Source of the DNA: Candidatus Bathyarchaeia archaeon
GTDB taxonomy: Archaea; Thermoproteota; CALKCG01; B24
NCBI GenBank assembly: GCA_038851915.1
Contig: JAWCKO010000002.1
Span: 1-27,167, forward strand
Reading direction: 5' to 3'
DNA length: 27,167 bases
Part shown: in pieces, positions 18,431 to 27,167 of the stretch
Position numbering within the stretch: position 1 is the first letter of the stretch
Layout: each line of letters opens with the position of its first letter
The notes under the pieces: model-generated
Database searches by the model: none
What the model was told of the DNA's origin: nothing
Seen by the model: only the letters and a program-made list of their open reading frames with translations
Position numbers and translations under genes: made by a program

Positions 18431-19666
18431 GTGAAGAGATTGGGAGAAGGCTTCTACGTAGGAGAGGCCTTGATAGGTTCAGGCTATGAAGTTGCCCACG
18501 TCGACATAGTAGTTGGAGAGAAGAATGGAGCGGCTGGTTTAGCATTTGTAAACGCTTTATCCAATCCTTCCGCGGGGCACACGGCTATGCTCGCCGTACT
18601 GAGACCCAATCTACTGGTTAAGCCCAGTACTCTGATAGTGCCCAAGATCACCGTTAAAAGTATGGAGGACTCTGAGAAGGTTTTCGGTCCAGCTCAAGCG
18701 GCTGTTGCTAAAGCTATAGCCGATGCCGTTGAAGAAGGAATTATTCCAAGAGATAAATGTGAAGATTGGGTTGTAATAGTCTCAGTCTTCGTACATCCTA
18801 AGGCTAAAGACTACAGGAGGATCTACCAGTTCAACTATTCTGCCGTAAAGCTTGCTGTGAGAAGGGCCTTAAAAGAATATCCAAGCATCGGAAAGGTCCT
18901 CAAAGAGAAGGATAGGGCAGTTCATCCGACCATGGGCTTTAGAGTTAAAAGACTATGGAGCCCACCGTATTTACAGGTCGCATTAGATTTGACAAATCTT
19001 GAAAAGGTTTTAGAGATAGTTAAACAGTTGCCTAAAACTGAAAGAGTGATTATTGAGGCTGGTACACCCCTCATAAAAGCCCATGGTGTTGGAGTAATCG
19101 AGAAAATAAGGGAAATTTGGAGAGACGCGTTTATAGTTGCAGATTTAAAAACTATGGATGTTGGTAGAGTTGAAGTTAAAGAAGCCACTGACGCCACTGC
19201 TGATGCGGTCTGCATACTTGCTGCGGCGTCAAAGATTACGATAGATAAAGCTATACTTGAAGCACGAAAACAGGGGGTCTACTCAATCTTAGATACGGTA
19301 GAAGTTTCAAACCCAATAGCTAAAATCGAAACACTAGAGTATAAGCCTGACATAGTGCTCTTACATATGAGTGCTGACGTTGAAAGAGAAACAGTGGAGT
19401 CCGGTAAACAGATCCAATTTAGATGGAGCGAACTGTCTGAGATTAAAAATCGTTTTAAAGTTCTCATAGCTGTTGCAGGGGGGATAACGCCTACTTCCGC
19501 TATTGATGCCTTGAAAAACGGAGCGGATATAGTAGTTGTTGGAAGATACATAGTTGGAAGTGAAGATCCTAAACGGGCTGCTGAACAGTTTCTAAACCTG
19601 ATGCCACCAGAACCATATGTCATGAGGCTTGCATTGGATGAAGATGAATCTGTCGGTGAAATTTAA
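18431..19666 (+). CDS. fae-hps: Bifunctional formaldehyde-activating enzyme / 3-hexulose-6-phosphate synthase
   Basis: N-terminal Fae domain ([29 protein letters not shown]) fused to an Hps barrel ([37 protein letters not shown]). Confidence 0.92.
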   Translation: MKRLGEGFYVGEALIGSGYEVAHVDIVVGEKNGAAGLAFVNALSNPSAGHTAMLAVLRPNLLVKPSTLIVPKITVKSMEDSEKVFGPAQAAVAKAIADAVEEGIIPRDKCEDWVVIVSVFVHPKAKDYRRIYQFNYSAVKLAVRRALKEYPSIGKVLKEKDRAVHPTMGFRVKRLWSPPYLQVALDLTNLEKVLEIVKQLPKTERVIIEAGTPLIKAHGVGVIEKIREIWRDAFIVADLKTMDVGRVEVKEATDATADAVCILAAASKITIDKAILEARKQGVYSILDTVEVSNPIAKIETLEYKPDIVLLHMSADVERETVESGKQIQFRWSELSEIKNRFKVLIAVAGGITPTSAIDALKNGADIVVVGRYIVGSEDPKRAAEQFLNLMPPEPYVMRLALDEDESVGEI

Positions 19667-19669
19667 CTA

Positions 19670-20476
19670 TCAGATAGAGTTTAGAATGCCTCTCACATAG
19701 TTTAAATCCTTCCTGGCGCGTTCTATCAACTCTCCAAGAGATATTCCATCATATTCGCAATGTATCGATATGGGACCTTTAAAATCCATATTTTTAAGTA
19801 TTTCAAATACCCTTCTCCACGGAACCAATCCCTCACCCAACGGGACCACTTCAGCCCTCCAAGAATTGTCCTTCTTAACCCAGGCGAAATCTTTCACTGC
19901 AACTATACGTATTTTATCGTTTAACATGTCCATGCCCATAATCCACCCAGCTAATCCACCCTCAACAACCATATGGCCTGGGTCTACATAAGCCCCTACG
20001 AAGTCAGGATCGAAGTCTCTAAGGATTTCCAGAACAACAGCCGGCTCAGCTGTTAAAAACATTCCTGAATGTGTATGTATGGCTGCTGTAATGTTGTATT
20101 TTCGACTGAATTTCTCAATATCTCTTAAACTTTTACGGGCAGCCTCTATTTGAGTCTTCAATTTTCCAAAACCTTCGTAAAGCCAATATCCTAGTTTCAA
20201 GTACCTTATACCGCATTCTGACGCCGTTTTAAAAGTCTCCTCAGCATACGGTTCATTCGCATCTACTATTGATGTAGTTATCATTGGAACAGACAAGCCT
20301 TTAGATTTCAGTAGGTCGATGGCTTCTGGAAGCTTTTCGCCAACTTCTCCAGGAGTTATATAACCTCCAGGCCTAACGGTTAAATCTACGCCTTCAAAAC
20401 CGATGCCCGCCATAATGTTGGCGAACTCTAGTAATGGAAGCTTCTGAAACATCTTAGCGAAGACTACTATCTCCAT
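19670..20476 (-). CDS. Sugar phosphate isomerase/epimerase-like TIM barrel (xylose isomerase-like / AP endonuclease 2 family)
   Basis: GFEGVDLTVRPGG, IHTHSG, DPGH, VAVKDF, PLGEGLVPW and ISIHCEY motifs. Confidence 0.85.
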   Translation of the reverse strand: MEIVVFAKMFQKLPLLEFANIMAGIGFEGVDLTVRPGGYITPGEVGEKLPEAIDLLKSKGLSVPMITTSIVDANEPYAEETFKTASECGIRYLKLGYWLYEGFGKLKTQIEAARKSLRDIEKFSRKYNITAAIHTHSGMFLTAEPAVVLEILRDFDPDFVGAYVDPGHMVVEGGLAGWIMGMDMLNDKIRIVAVKDFAWVKKDNSWRAEVVPLGEGLVPWRRVFEILKNMDFKGPISIHCEYDGISLGELIERARKDLNYVRGILNSI

Positions 20477-20487
20477 AAAATCTCCCC

Positions 20488-21492
20488 CTACTCTGAAGAT
20501 TTTATACGCTCTACGAGCTTCATAGTTTCAACGGCATCTTTAAAGTTTGTTTCGGGTACTGAATCGTTTCTAATACAATCTATGAAGTGCCTATTTTCTT
20601 GAAGATAGCCGTAGACTACGTGGAAGTCTCTACACCCTCCCACTAGTTCTAGGTTTCTCAAAACCTCCGCTTCGCCGTACGATTTCCCATTTTTAAGTAT
20701 CAATGCTTCTTGTTTCTCAGGTTCAAAAGGTAAGTTGACGAATGCGTATAAGGCTTTAGAATGCATTTCAAAGTAATGTATGCGCCCACCTGAGGAGTAA
20801 TTGGAGCATAAGTGGCCTATACATCCATTCTTAAACCTTATAAGGGCATTGAAACTGTTCATGTAGTCTGCGTAGAAACTATAAACGTAAGCCGTGACTT
20901 CCTCCACATCTCCACCCATAAACCTTAAAGCGTCAACGGCATGTATTACGTCAGCCACCAGATGGCTTACACGACCCCAGGGTTCTGGTTGGCCTATCAT
21001 ATTTTTATGGAATACTGCTGTACAGTGTGTTATGGGACCGTTTTCTTCAACCATACGCTTAGCTTCTCTGAAGACAGGTATAAATCTCCTGTTGAAGCCA
21101 ACCATTGTCTTACAGCCGTATTTCTCAGCGGTATCAGCCATTTTCTTAGCCTCTTCGAGGGATACTCCAGGAGGTTTCTCTATGAAAACATGTAATCCGC
21201 GTTTAAGACAGTTTATAACGATGCTGGTTAAAGGCTCAGCATTTACGTAGTGGTCGGTCGGTACTGGAGCCATGATTGCGTAAACTGCGTCTAAAGGTAC
21301 TTTTTCAAGCATAAACCTATAGTCTGTAAACCGGTGCTCAACACCATAGCGGTCAGCGGTTTTATTAAGCTTTGTCTCATCTAGATCGCATATAGCAACT
21401 ATTTTAACGTCTTTAAAGCTGGTCAGCGATGGGTAATGGACACTGTTAGCCATACTTCCCGCTCCTATAAATCCAACTCTTATTAGATCCAT
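20488..21492 (-). CDS. Gfo/Idh/MocA family oxidoreductase
   Basis: VGFIGAG, HVFIEKPPG, MVGFNRRF and DVIHAVD motifs. Confidence 0.9.
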   Translation of the reverse strand: MDLIRVGFIGAGSMANSVHYPSLTSFKDVKIVAICDLDETKLNKTADRYGVEHRFTDYRFMLEKVPLDAVYAIMAPVPTDHYVNAEPLTSIVINCLKRGLHVFIEKPPGVSLEEAKKMADTAEKYGCKTMVGFNRRFIPVFREAKRMVEENGPITHCTAVFHKNMIGQPEPWGRVSHLVADVIHAVDALRFMGGDVEEVTAYVYSFYADYMNSFNALIRFKNGCIGHLCSNYSSGGRIHYFEMHSKALYAFVNLPFEPEKQEALILKNGKSYGEAEVLRNLELVGGCRDFHVVYGYLQENRHFIDCIRNDSVPETNFKDAVETMKLVERIKSSE

Positions 21493-21571
21493 GCCATTTA
21501 AAATCTAGCGTGGGAGGATATAAAATATTCTCCTTAAAGTTTTTACGTGTTTTCTTTACTATTAAGTAATT

Positions 21572-23740
21572 GTGGAAACTTTGGATACGTATGAAGTTTT
21601 ATCTTTAGCTAAGCCTGAGGGATTACAGCATCCCTGTAGAAGCTTAGACTATGCTGACCACGTCGTTAAAACCGCAATGATGGGTTATCCTCAGCTGGCT
21701 GCTGATAGTCTGTTAAATCCAGATCTAATCGGTAGATTGGCTGATATTGTCGGCTCCATAGTTAGACAGTTAAACTTAGTATTTATGGAGCCTGTTTGGG
21801 TTGAAAAGAAGAAGGAAGATATTGTTGTCCAAAGGGGACGGGCGTATGATGTCCTCCTTGAGATAGCGATAAACCTATTTGGTTTGGAGAAGGAGTGGAT
21901 CGGCTTCACCAATAGGGACTTTGAAGTTACGTTGAAGATCATAAGGAACACGTTATCCGTCTGGGAATCCGTTGAATGTGAAGAATGTGGGAATGCTGAA
22001 GTGGCTAAAGCGGTTGTCAGAATGAAGATTGAAGATATGAAGAAGGTTATGCGGGGGGATCCTAGAGGCGTAAAAAGTATGGTGGCTTTTATGGGCGAGA
22101 ATGTTGAAAAAAAGCTTGAAGACCATGGCATTACTTTGAGCTTTCTAGACGCTTTAAAAGAGGAAATTCAAAGCAATGTATACTACGTTATGTCTAAAAA
22201 AGGCATGTGTAGGTTTGGAAACGATTATGCTTTAGGGCTTAGATGGCTTAGAAGATTGGGTTATGTTCAGGTTTCAACAAACCCCGTTTTGGCTGCTATA
22301 GCCTACAGAGATGATCCAAACTTATGGAGTAAATTCGAAGACTACCTTAGGAGAAACCCGGAGTATTTGAAGAATATGGATGATCGTCAGGATGAACTCA
22401 CTATGCTGGCTACGATGTTGGCACTTTGGCCTAACATGGAGGTTTTCAGACCGGTTTTCTACCTGAAGGGTTTTTCAGATGGGATGATAAGCTACCAGTT
22501 GAATCCAAACGTGGCCGATGACGTTAAGAGAAGCCTTGAAGACGCTTTAAAAATATATAAGGCGACTCAAGAGTACTTTATGAGATATGATGAGTATCTC
22601 CTATGGGGTTGGTCGAGAGACGTTGAAAGAGGTAGACCGAATATCGTGTTTAAGGTTGCTGGAAGCAGTCCGGCAGCTGTCGATATAACCAGTATTCTTG
22701 AGAGTCTCGGAATAGGTACGAATAATACTATAACATTCACAGTCTCCCAGGAAGCTTCACTAATACTCGCTAAGATGCGTGGAATGGCTAAGGCTGTTAA
22801 AATGGGTATTAAACCAACTAAGGTCTATGAAACAAACATGGGCGGTAGGCTTGAAGGGCATCTTAGAGAGGTTAAAGCTGCTGAATTTTTAATGGAGGCT
22901 TTAAAGAAGTTCGAAGACCCAGAGGCTAAACTAATAGAATTCTGTAAGAAGCTTGGTGTACCAGTGGCTAGTAAAACTGAAGCTTGGACTGGGGCTACTG
23001 GATGGGGGTATAATTACACGGCTAAAAATTTAGAAGAGAAAGTCATTTTAGCGTCGTTCAGTCAGTACTTAAAAACTTTGGCCAATGAACACTTAGCTAG
23101 CCTTTTAGTTGAAGCGAAGCTGTTCAATTCTAGGGATGACGCGTTGAACTATTTGGCGGATTGGGAGAAGGCTATAGGGCTCGCTGGGACTCTTGTAGCT
23201 CAAAGGGTTTGGTGGATCTTCTTCAGCTCTGAAAACAAGGTTAAGTGGATCAACTACTTGATTTCCGAGTATGGTTTAGCTAGAGAAGAGGCTGAAAACG
23301 TCTTAAACGATATAGATGTGTTGCCAGCTTCCAAGAGAAAACCCATGGATACTTTCCTTACGCTGGCTAGGTGGAATATGACGAATACTGAGTTTCCAGA
23401 TCATCAACTCAATGTTTTAAATGAATCTAAGAGTTTAAATTTTGAAATTTCAAACTACGATAATGCTATAATGATGAAATATGATTCTAAAATCATCGAA
23501 ATTCTTAATCAACTGAGTGATTTTTTAAAAGCCTATGAATTGACGCCGGATTTGTCGGAATTATTGGTAAAAGTTGGTGTAGAAGTTAAAGATATGGGGA
23601 ATAGGGGACTACCATATGATGAGTGGGGTTTCTTCGGTTCTACTGTGAAAACAATGACAGGTTTCACTGAAGCATACAATAGTTTCAGAAGTAGAGTTGT
23701 TGAAATAGCTAAAAAAGTAGCTAAAACACTCAACATTTAA
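21572..23740 (+). CDS. Transaldolase-family protein with a ~210-aa N-terminal extension (722 aa)
   Basis: GND(218), STNP(235-238), NIVFK(361), GIGTNNT and GGR(426) line up by eye with transaldolase active-site motifs. Confidence 0.75.
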   Translation: METLDTYEVLSLAKPEGLQHPCRSLDYADHVVKTAMMGYPQLAADSLLNPDLIGRLADIVGSIVRQLNLVFMEPVWVEKKKEDIVVQRGRAYDVLLEIAINLFGLEKEWIGFTNRDFEVTLKIIRNTLSVWESVECEECGNAEVAKAVVRMKIEDMKKVMRGDPRGVKSMVAFMGENVEKKLEDHGITLSFLDALKEEIQSNVYYVMSKKGMCRFGNDYALGLRWLRRLGYVQVSTNPVLAAIAYRDDPNLWSKFEDYLRRNPEYLKNMDDRQDELTMLATMLALWPNMEVFRPVFYLKGFSDGMISYQLNPNVADDVKRSLEDALKIYKATQEYFMRYDEYLLWGWSRDVERGRPNIVFKVAGSSPAAVDITSILESLGIGTNNTITFTVSQEASLILAKMRGMAKAVKMGIKPTKVYETNMGGRLEGHLREVKAAEFLMEALKKFEDPEAKLIEFCKKLGVPVASKTEAWTGATGWGYNYTAKNLEEKVILASFSQYLKTLANEHLASLLVEAKLFNSRDDALNYLADWEKAIGLAGTLVAQRVWWIFFSSENKVKWINYLISEYGLAREEAENVLNDIDVLPASKRKPMDTFLTLARWNMTNTEFPDHQLNVLNESKSLNFEISNYDNAIMMKYDSKIIEILNQLSDFLKAYELTPDLSELLVKVGVEVKDMGNRGLPYDEWGFFGSTVKTMTGFTEAYNSFRSRVVEIAKKVAKTLNI

Positions 23741-23761
23741 TTAAACGACTGTAATATGACC

Positions 23762-23774
23762 TTTTTTTATTTTT
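23762..23774 (+). terminator. Oligo-T archaeal terminator candidate
   Basis: TTTTTTTATTTTT about 20 nt after the stop codon of the transaldolase-like gene. Confidence 0.5.
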
Positions 23775-23821
23775 GACATAGATTTAATAGTCAGATTTTC
23801 CCTTAAAATTTTTAGAAGAAA

Positions 23822-26323
23822 ATGTCTTCATTAACGCTTAAAGATAAGCGTGTTGTCTTCCCGTTCACCGCTTTCGTCGATCAGGAAGATTTAAAGCTTT
23901 CTCTCATACTTAACGCTATAAACCCTCAGATAGGTGGTGTCTTAATAAGAGGTGAGAAAGGTTCAGGTAAGAGTACTATAGTGCGGGCTTTAGCTGATCT
24001 ACTCCCGGAGATAAAGGTTGTAGATGGTTGTGTTTTCAACTGTGATCCGGATAATCCAGCTGAAATGTGTGAAGAATGTTTTAAAAAGTGGAGGGAAGGC
24101 CGTATCAAATTCGCCTTTAGGAAGATGAGGGTTGTAACGATCCCTCTAGGTGTAACCGAGGATAGGCTTATTGGGACTTTAGACATAGAGAAGACGCTTC
24201 GAGATGGTGTTAGGGTTTTCCAACCGGGCTTGCTAGCCGAAGCTAATAGAAACATCGTATACATAGATGAGGTAAACCTCCTCCCAGATCATATAGTAGA
24301 TGATATTTTAGATGCGGCGGCTTCAGGATGGAACATAGTTGAGAGGGAAACTATATCCGTGACACATCCTTCGAGGTTCCTACTGGTTGGTACGATGAAT
24401 CCTGAGGAGGGGGAGCTTCGACCGCAGCTTTTAGATAGGTTTCCACTATCAGCTGTATCCACGTCTGTTAGAAATGAGGAGTTGAGGGCTGAAATAGTTA
24501 AGAGGAATCTAGAGTTTGAAGCTGACCCCGAAGGGTTTAGAGTGAAGTACGAGCGTATGCAGGAGGAGCTTAGAAGGAGAATAACTGAAGCACGGAGTAC
24601 CCTTTCGAAGGTTTTAATACCGGACTCCATAGTTAGACTTGTGGTGAGACTTTGCATAACATTGGATGTTGATGGACATAGACCCGACATAGTTATCCTT
24701 AAAGCCGCGAAAACCTTAGCTGCTTTTGAGAATAAACCGATAGTTGAAGCTTCCCATGTCAGAAGAGCAGCTGTTCTAGCGTTGATGCATAGGACACGTA
24801 GCGGTGGATTTAGAGAACCAGCTTCCCGCGATGAAATACTCAAGACTTTTGAGCAATTATACACTTCCCTCTCTTGGGAAATAGTAAGGGAAATTTCTCA
24901 AATTACTGGTACTCAGGAGTCTGGAGTAAAGGATAGTTTGTCTGATTTAAGCCCTAAGCTTAAGAGTGGTGGTTTGGAAGAATCTAAGCCTTCTAGTGGC
25001 GGAGTAGTGGGGGAGACGAATCGTCTACACCCTCGCGGTTTGGAAAAAAGTGAGGCACATGATAAAATAGGCGGGTCTGAAAGAAAGAATATTAGTCGAT
25101 TTCTAGGTGTACTTGGAGTTTTCAGTAGCGGTAAAGGATCTGGGAGAAGAGGCATCAGCAGGTTTTTTCATCTGACTAAGTCTCCGCCTAAAAACGGAGT
25201 AAAGGTAAAGACGAAGCTTCCTGAAGGTTTTCGATCTGAAGATTTGAAGAGTAATACGGAGGGTCTTATCACAGTTCTAGGAGAAAAGTCTATGGGTAGA
25301 GGGGTTTTCAGAGAGAGTACATACGAAAGTGTCGGAGAGATTAAAGCCTTAGCATTACCGTCAACCCCCACAAAGCATGCTAGAAGGAGGACGTTCTACC
25401 TTTCAGGTAGGAGGGCTCAAACTTTGACATACGCCACGATAGGTAGATATGCTGGCTATGAAAGCTATAAACCGAACTCCTCTGCGAACTTAGCTTTGAT
25501 TCCTACCATCCAAACAGCTGTAGCGAATAGGCACGTATCTATCGGGCAAACAGATCAGTTAACCATAAACGTTAAGTCTGAAGACTTGAAAGTTAAACTC
25601 CTATCCTCAAGATCCGTTTTGACGGTGGTTTTCCTCTTAGACTTGAGCGATTCTATGGCTGACTACCTGCCCATCGTATCGAAGGTTATACTTGGGCTTC
25701 ATAGAGAGGCCTACACTAAACGTGACAAAGTTGGCGTTATAGCGTTTCAAGGGTTTAATGCTAAGGTTATTTCCCACCCGACTAGAAACCTCTTGGTTGT
25801 CGCTAGAAAAATTCGACGTTTAAAAGCGAGTGGATATACTCCACTTGCCAGAGGCCTTCAATGCTCTCTCGAGCTTATAAAAGCTGAGAAGAGGAGGAAT
25901 AGGAATGTCCTCCCCATTGTAGTCCTCGTAAGTGATGGAGCGGCGAACGTCCCCTTAAGTACAACTTTTGTAAGCCCATTCTACTTAGACAGTTTGAGGA
26001 GGGCCTACGAAGATTCTATATCTGTTGCTAAAAGCCTAGCTATGATGCGTGTACCTGTAATCGCTATAGCTCCTGTTGGAGAATCGTCTCACTATGGGTT
26101 GGATAGGTCTGGTGTTGAACTTCTTAGGACAATTGCAAGTATAACTGGTGGGGGCTTCTACGTAGCTTCAATGCCTAAGCCTAAAGAACTCGTCGAGCTT
26201 GTTAAGAAGAACGTTTTCCCCAACTACATAACTAACGATGAAGTTAGGACTATGTCTAGAGTTGTTAAAGACGCTATTACATTGTTTAGGAGGGTGAACG
26301 TTAAGGAAGGTCTACTCTATTAA
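23822..26323 (+). CDS. ChlI/BchI-type AAA+ ATPase fused to a vWA domain (ChlD-like)
   Basis: VFPFTA, GEKGSGKST, PLGVTEDRLIG, YIDEVNLL and NPEEGELRPQLLDRF motifs. The C-terminal MIDAS elements are DLSDS, TPLA and SDG. Confidence 0.88.
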   Translation: MSSLTLKDKRVVFPFTAFVDQEDLKLSLILNAINPQIGGVLIRGEKGSGKSTIVRALADLLPEIKVVDGCVFNCDPDNPAEMCEECFKKWREGRIKFAFRKMRVVTIPLGVTEDRLIGTLDIEKTLRDGVRVFQPGLLAEANRNIVYIDEVNLLPDHIVDDILDAAASGWNIVERETISVTHPSRFLLVGTMNPEEGELRPQLLDRFPLSAVSTSVRNEELRAEIVKRNLEFEADPEGFRVKYERMQEELRRRITEARSTLSKVLIPDSIVRLVVRLCITLDVDGHRPDIVILKAAKTLAAFENKPIVEASHVRRAAVLALMHRTRSGGFREPASRDEILKTFEQLYTSLSWEIVREISQITGTQESGVKDSLSDLSPKLKSGGLEESKPSSGGVVGETNRLHPRGLEKSEAHDKIGGSERKNISRFLGVLGVFSSGKGSGRRGISRFFHLTKSPPKNGVKVKTKLPEGFRSEDLKSNTEGLITVLGEKSMGRGVFRESTYESVGEIKALALPSTPTKHARRRTFYLSGRRAQTLTYATIGRYAGYESYKPNSSANLALIPTIQTAVANRHVSIGQTDQLTINVKSEDLKVKLLSSRSVLTVVFLLDLSDSMADYLPIVSKVILGLHREAYTKRDKVGVIAFQGFNAKVISHPTRNLLVVARKIRRLKASGYTPLARGLQCSLELIKAEKRRNRNVLPIVVLVSDGAANVPLSTTFVSPFYLDSLRRAYEDSISVAKSLAMMRVPVIAIAPVGESSHYGLDRSGVELLRTIASITGGGFYVASMPKPKELVELVKKNVFPNYITNDEVRTMSRVVKDAITLFRRVNVKEGLLY

Positions 26324-26353
26324 ACTAAGGTTGTTAAGTCTATTGGAAAATGT

Positions 26354-26372
26354 TTTAACAAGGTTTGTTAAA
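26354..26372. promoter_or_regulatory. Perfect 8-3-8 inverted repeat, candidate transcription-factor operator
   Basis: TTTAACAA-GGT-TTGTTAAA, 18 nt upstream of the ROK ATG. Confidence 0.45.
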
Positions 26373-26390
26373 GTATTTTTCTGATTGTCT

Positions 26391-27167
26391 ATGGAGTATG
26401 GTATAGCTGTAGATTTAGGTGCAACAAACACGAGGGTTGCTACCGGTACTGCGAAGGGTGAGTTTATAGCTAGAGTTTCGGCACGTACGAATCTATTCGA
26501 AGGTGCTGAAGCTATCAGTCTCCAGATAGTATCGATGGTGCGGAGGCTTCAAGATGAAGCTGGACTTGACGCTGGGGATATGGTCGGTATAGGTGTTGGT
26601 GCTTTCGGTCCTCAGGATCCTATGAGAGGCGGAATTGTGAGACCAGCTAATGCACCTTATGAGTTTATACCTGTTAGAAAACCTTTAGAGGATGCTTTCA
26701 AGGTTCCAGTAGAGGTTTACAACGACTGTGTAATATCTGTTATAGGGGAGAAGTTTTACGGTTTAGGGAGAAGCGTGGATAACGTCGTGTTTATAACTAT
26801 AAGTACGGGGATAGGAGCTGGCGTTTACGTAGATCGTCGTCTACTTCTAGGTAAAGATGGGAATGCTCATGAAATAGGCCACATTGTTGTAGATTGTGAG
26901 AGGAGGCTTGTCTGTGGATGCGGTAAGCGTGGACATTGGGAGGCTTATTGTTCTGGACGTAACATACCAAACTTTGTAAAGCTTATAATTGAAGCTAAAA
27001 ACAAATTTGAAGACTTTAAGAGTAGCTACTTATGGAAGGCTTCAAATGGTAGTTTAAATGGTGTAACCGCTAAATCGGTTTATGATGGGGCCAAAATGGA
27101 TGACAAACTTTGTATGGAGATGGTAGAAAGTATCGGTGTTTTAAACGCTATGGGTGTGGCTTCAGGG
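26391..27167 (+). CDS. ROK family sugar kinase (glucokinase-like), 3' end runs off the window (absent from the ORF track)
   Basis: Manual translation: MEYGIAVDLGATNTRV...GIGVGAFGP...VYNDC...STGIGAG...AHEIGH...CGCGKRGHWEAYCSG (ROK zinc motif). Confidence 0.92.
   Translation, partial: MEYGIAVDLGATNTRVATGTAKGEFIARVSARTNLFEGAEAISLQIVSMVRRLQDEAGLDAGDMVGIGVGAFGPQDPMRGGIVRPANAPYEFIPVRKPLEDAFKVPVEVYNDCVISVIGEKFYGLGRSVDNVVFITISTGIGAGVYVDRRLLLGKDGNAHEIGHIVVDCERRLVCGCGKRGHWEAYCSGRNIPNFVKLIIEAKNKFEDFKSSYLWKASNGSLNGVTAKSVYDGAKMDDKLCMEMVESIGVLNAMGVASG

Noticed and set aside
19371-19440. Apparent insertion in the Hps domain ([10 protein letters not shown]) as an in-frame intron
   Set aside because: No hairpin or BHB pairing is evident; it is more likely a variable loop.
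21235-21275. Apparent short insertion (TDHYVNAE) in the second oxidoreductase as an in-frame intron
   Set aside because: I could not find a stem or BHB geometry by eye.
25043-25051. A6 run in the ChlD-like linker as a programmed frameshift site yielding separate I and D subunits
   Set aside because: It is read GAA AAA AGT, so it is not an in-frame X XXY YYZ heptamer, and the gene is one continuous ORF.
1495-25371. The many 60-190 aa antisense or overlapping ORFs in the track
   Set aside because: All lie opposite or inside well-supported genes and have no recognisable motifs.
1-27167. CRISPR arrays, tRNA/rRNA genes, transposases or integrases
   Set aside because: I saw no periodic repeats, cloverleaf or rRNA signatures, or recombinase motifs, and intergenic gaps are mostly under 200 nt.

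Overview
Archaeal chromosomal window, densely coding. Gene content (bifunctional Fae-Hps, SmsCB, geranylgeranyl reductase, a proteasome beta lacking Thr1) suggests a Thermoproteota/TACK lineage such as Bathyarchaeia, but this is inference. Contents in order: a partial Gfo/Idh/MocA oxidoreductase, an MFS transporter, a coaD-GGR-pcm-DUF371 cluster, trm5, a cimA-ilvB-ilvN-ilvC operon with divergent ilvD, smsC-smsB, a DegT aminotransferase, a psmB-DUF429-SPOUT run, fae-hps, a sugar oxidoreductase/TIM-barrel pair, a long transaldolase-like gene, a ChlI/vWA fusion and a partial ROK kinase. I saw no tRNA, rRNA, CRISPR array or mobile element. The standout is the apparently broken pcm gene. Its two ORFs are separated by a 29-nt insert (4147-4175) that folds into a bulge-helix-bulge motif, and removing it at the canonical endonuclease cut sites restores [13 protein letters not shown] in frame. 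This looks like a tRNA-endonuclease-type intron in an mRNA other than cbf5. Secondary points are out-of-frame SD-led ATGs at the 5' ends of cimA and DUF371, and a transaldolase-fold protein with substituted catalytic residues.
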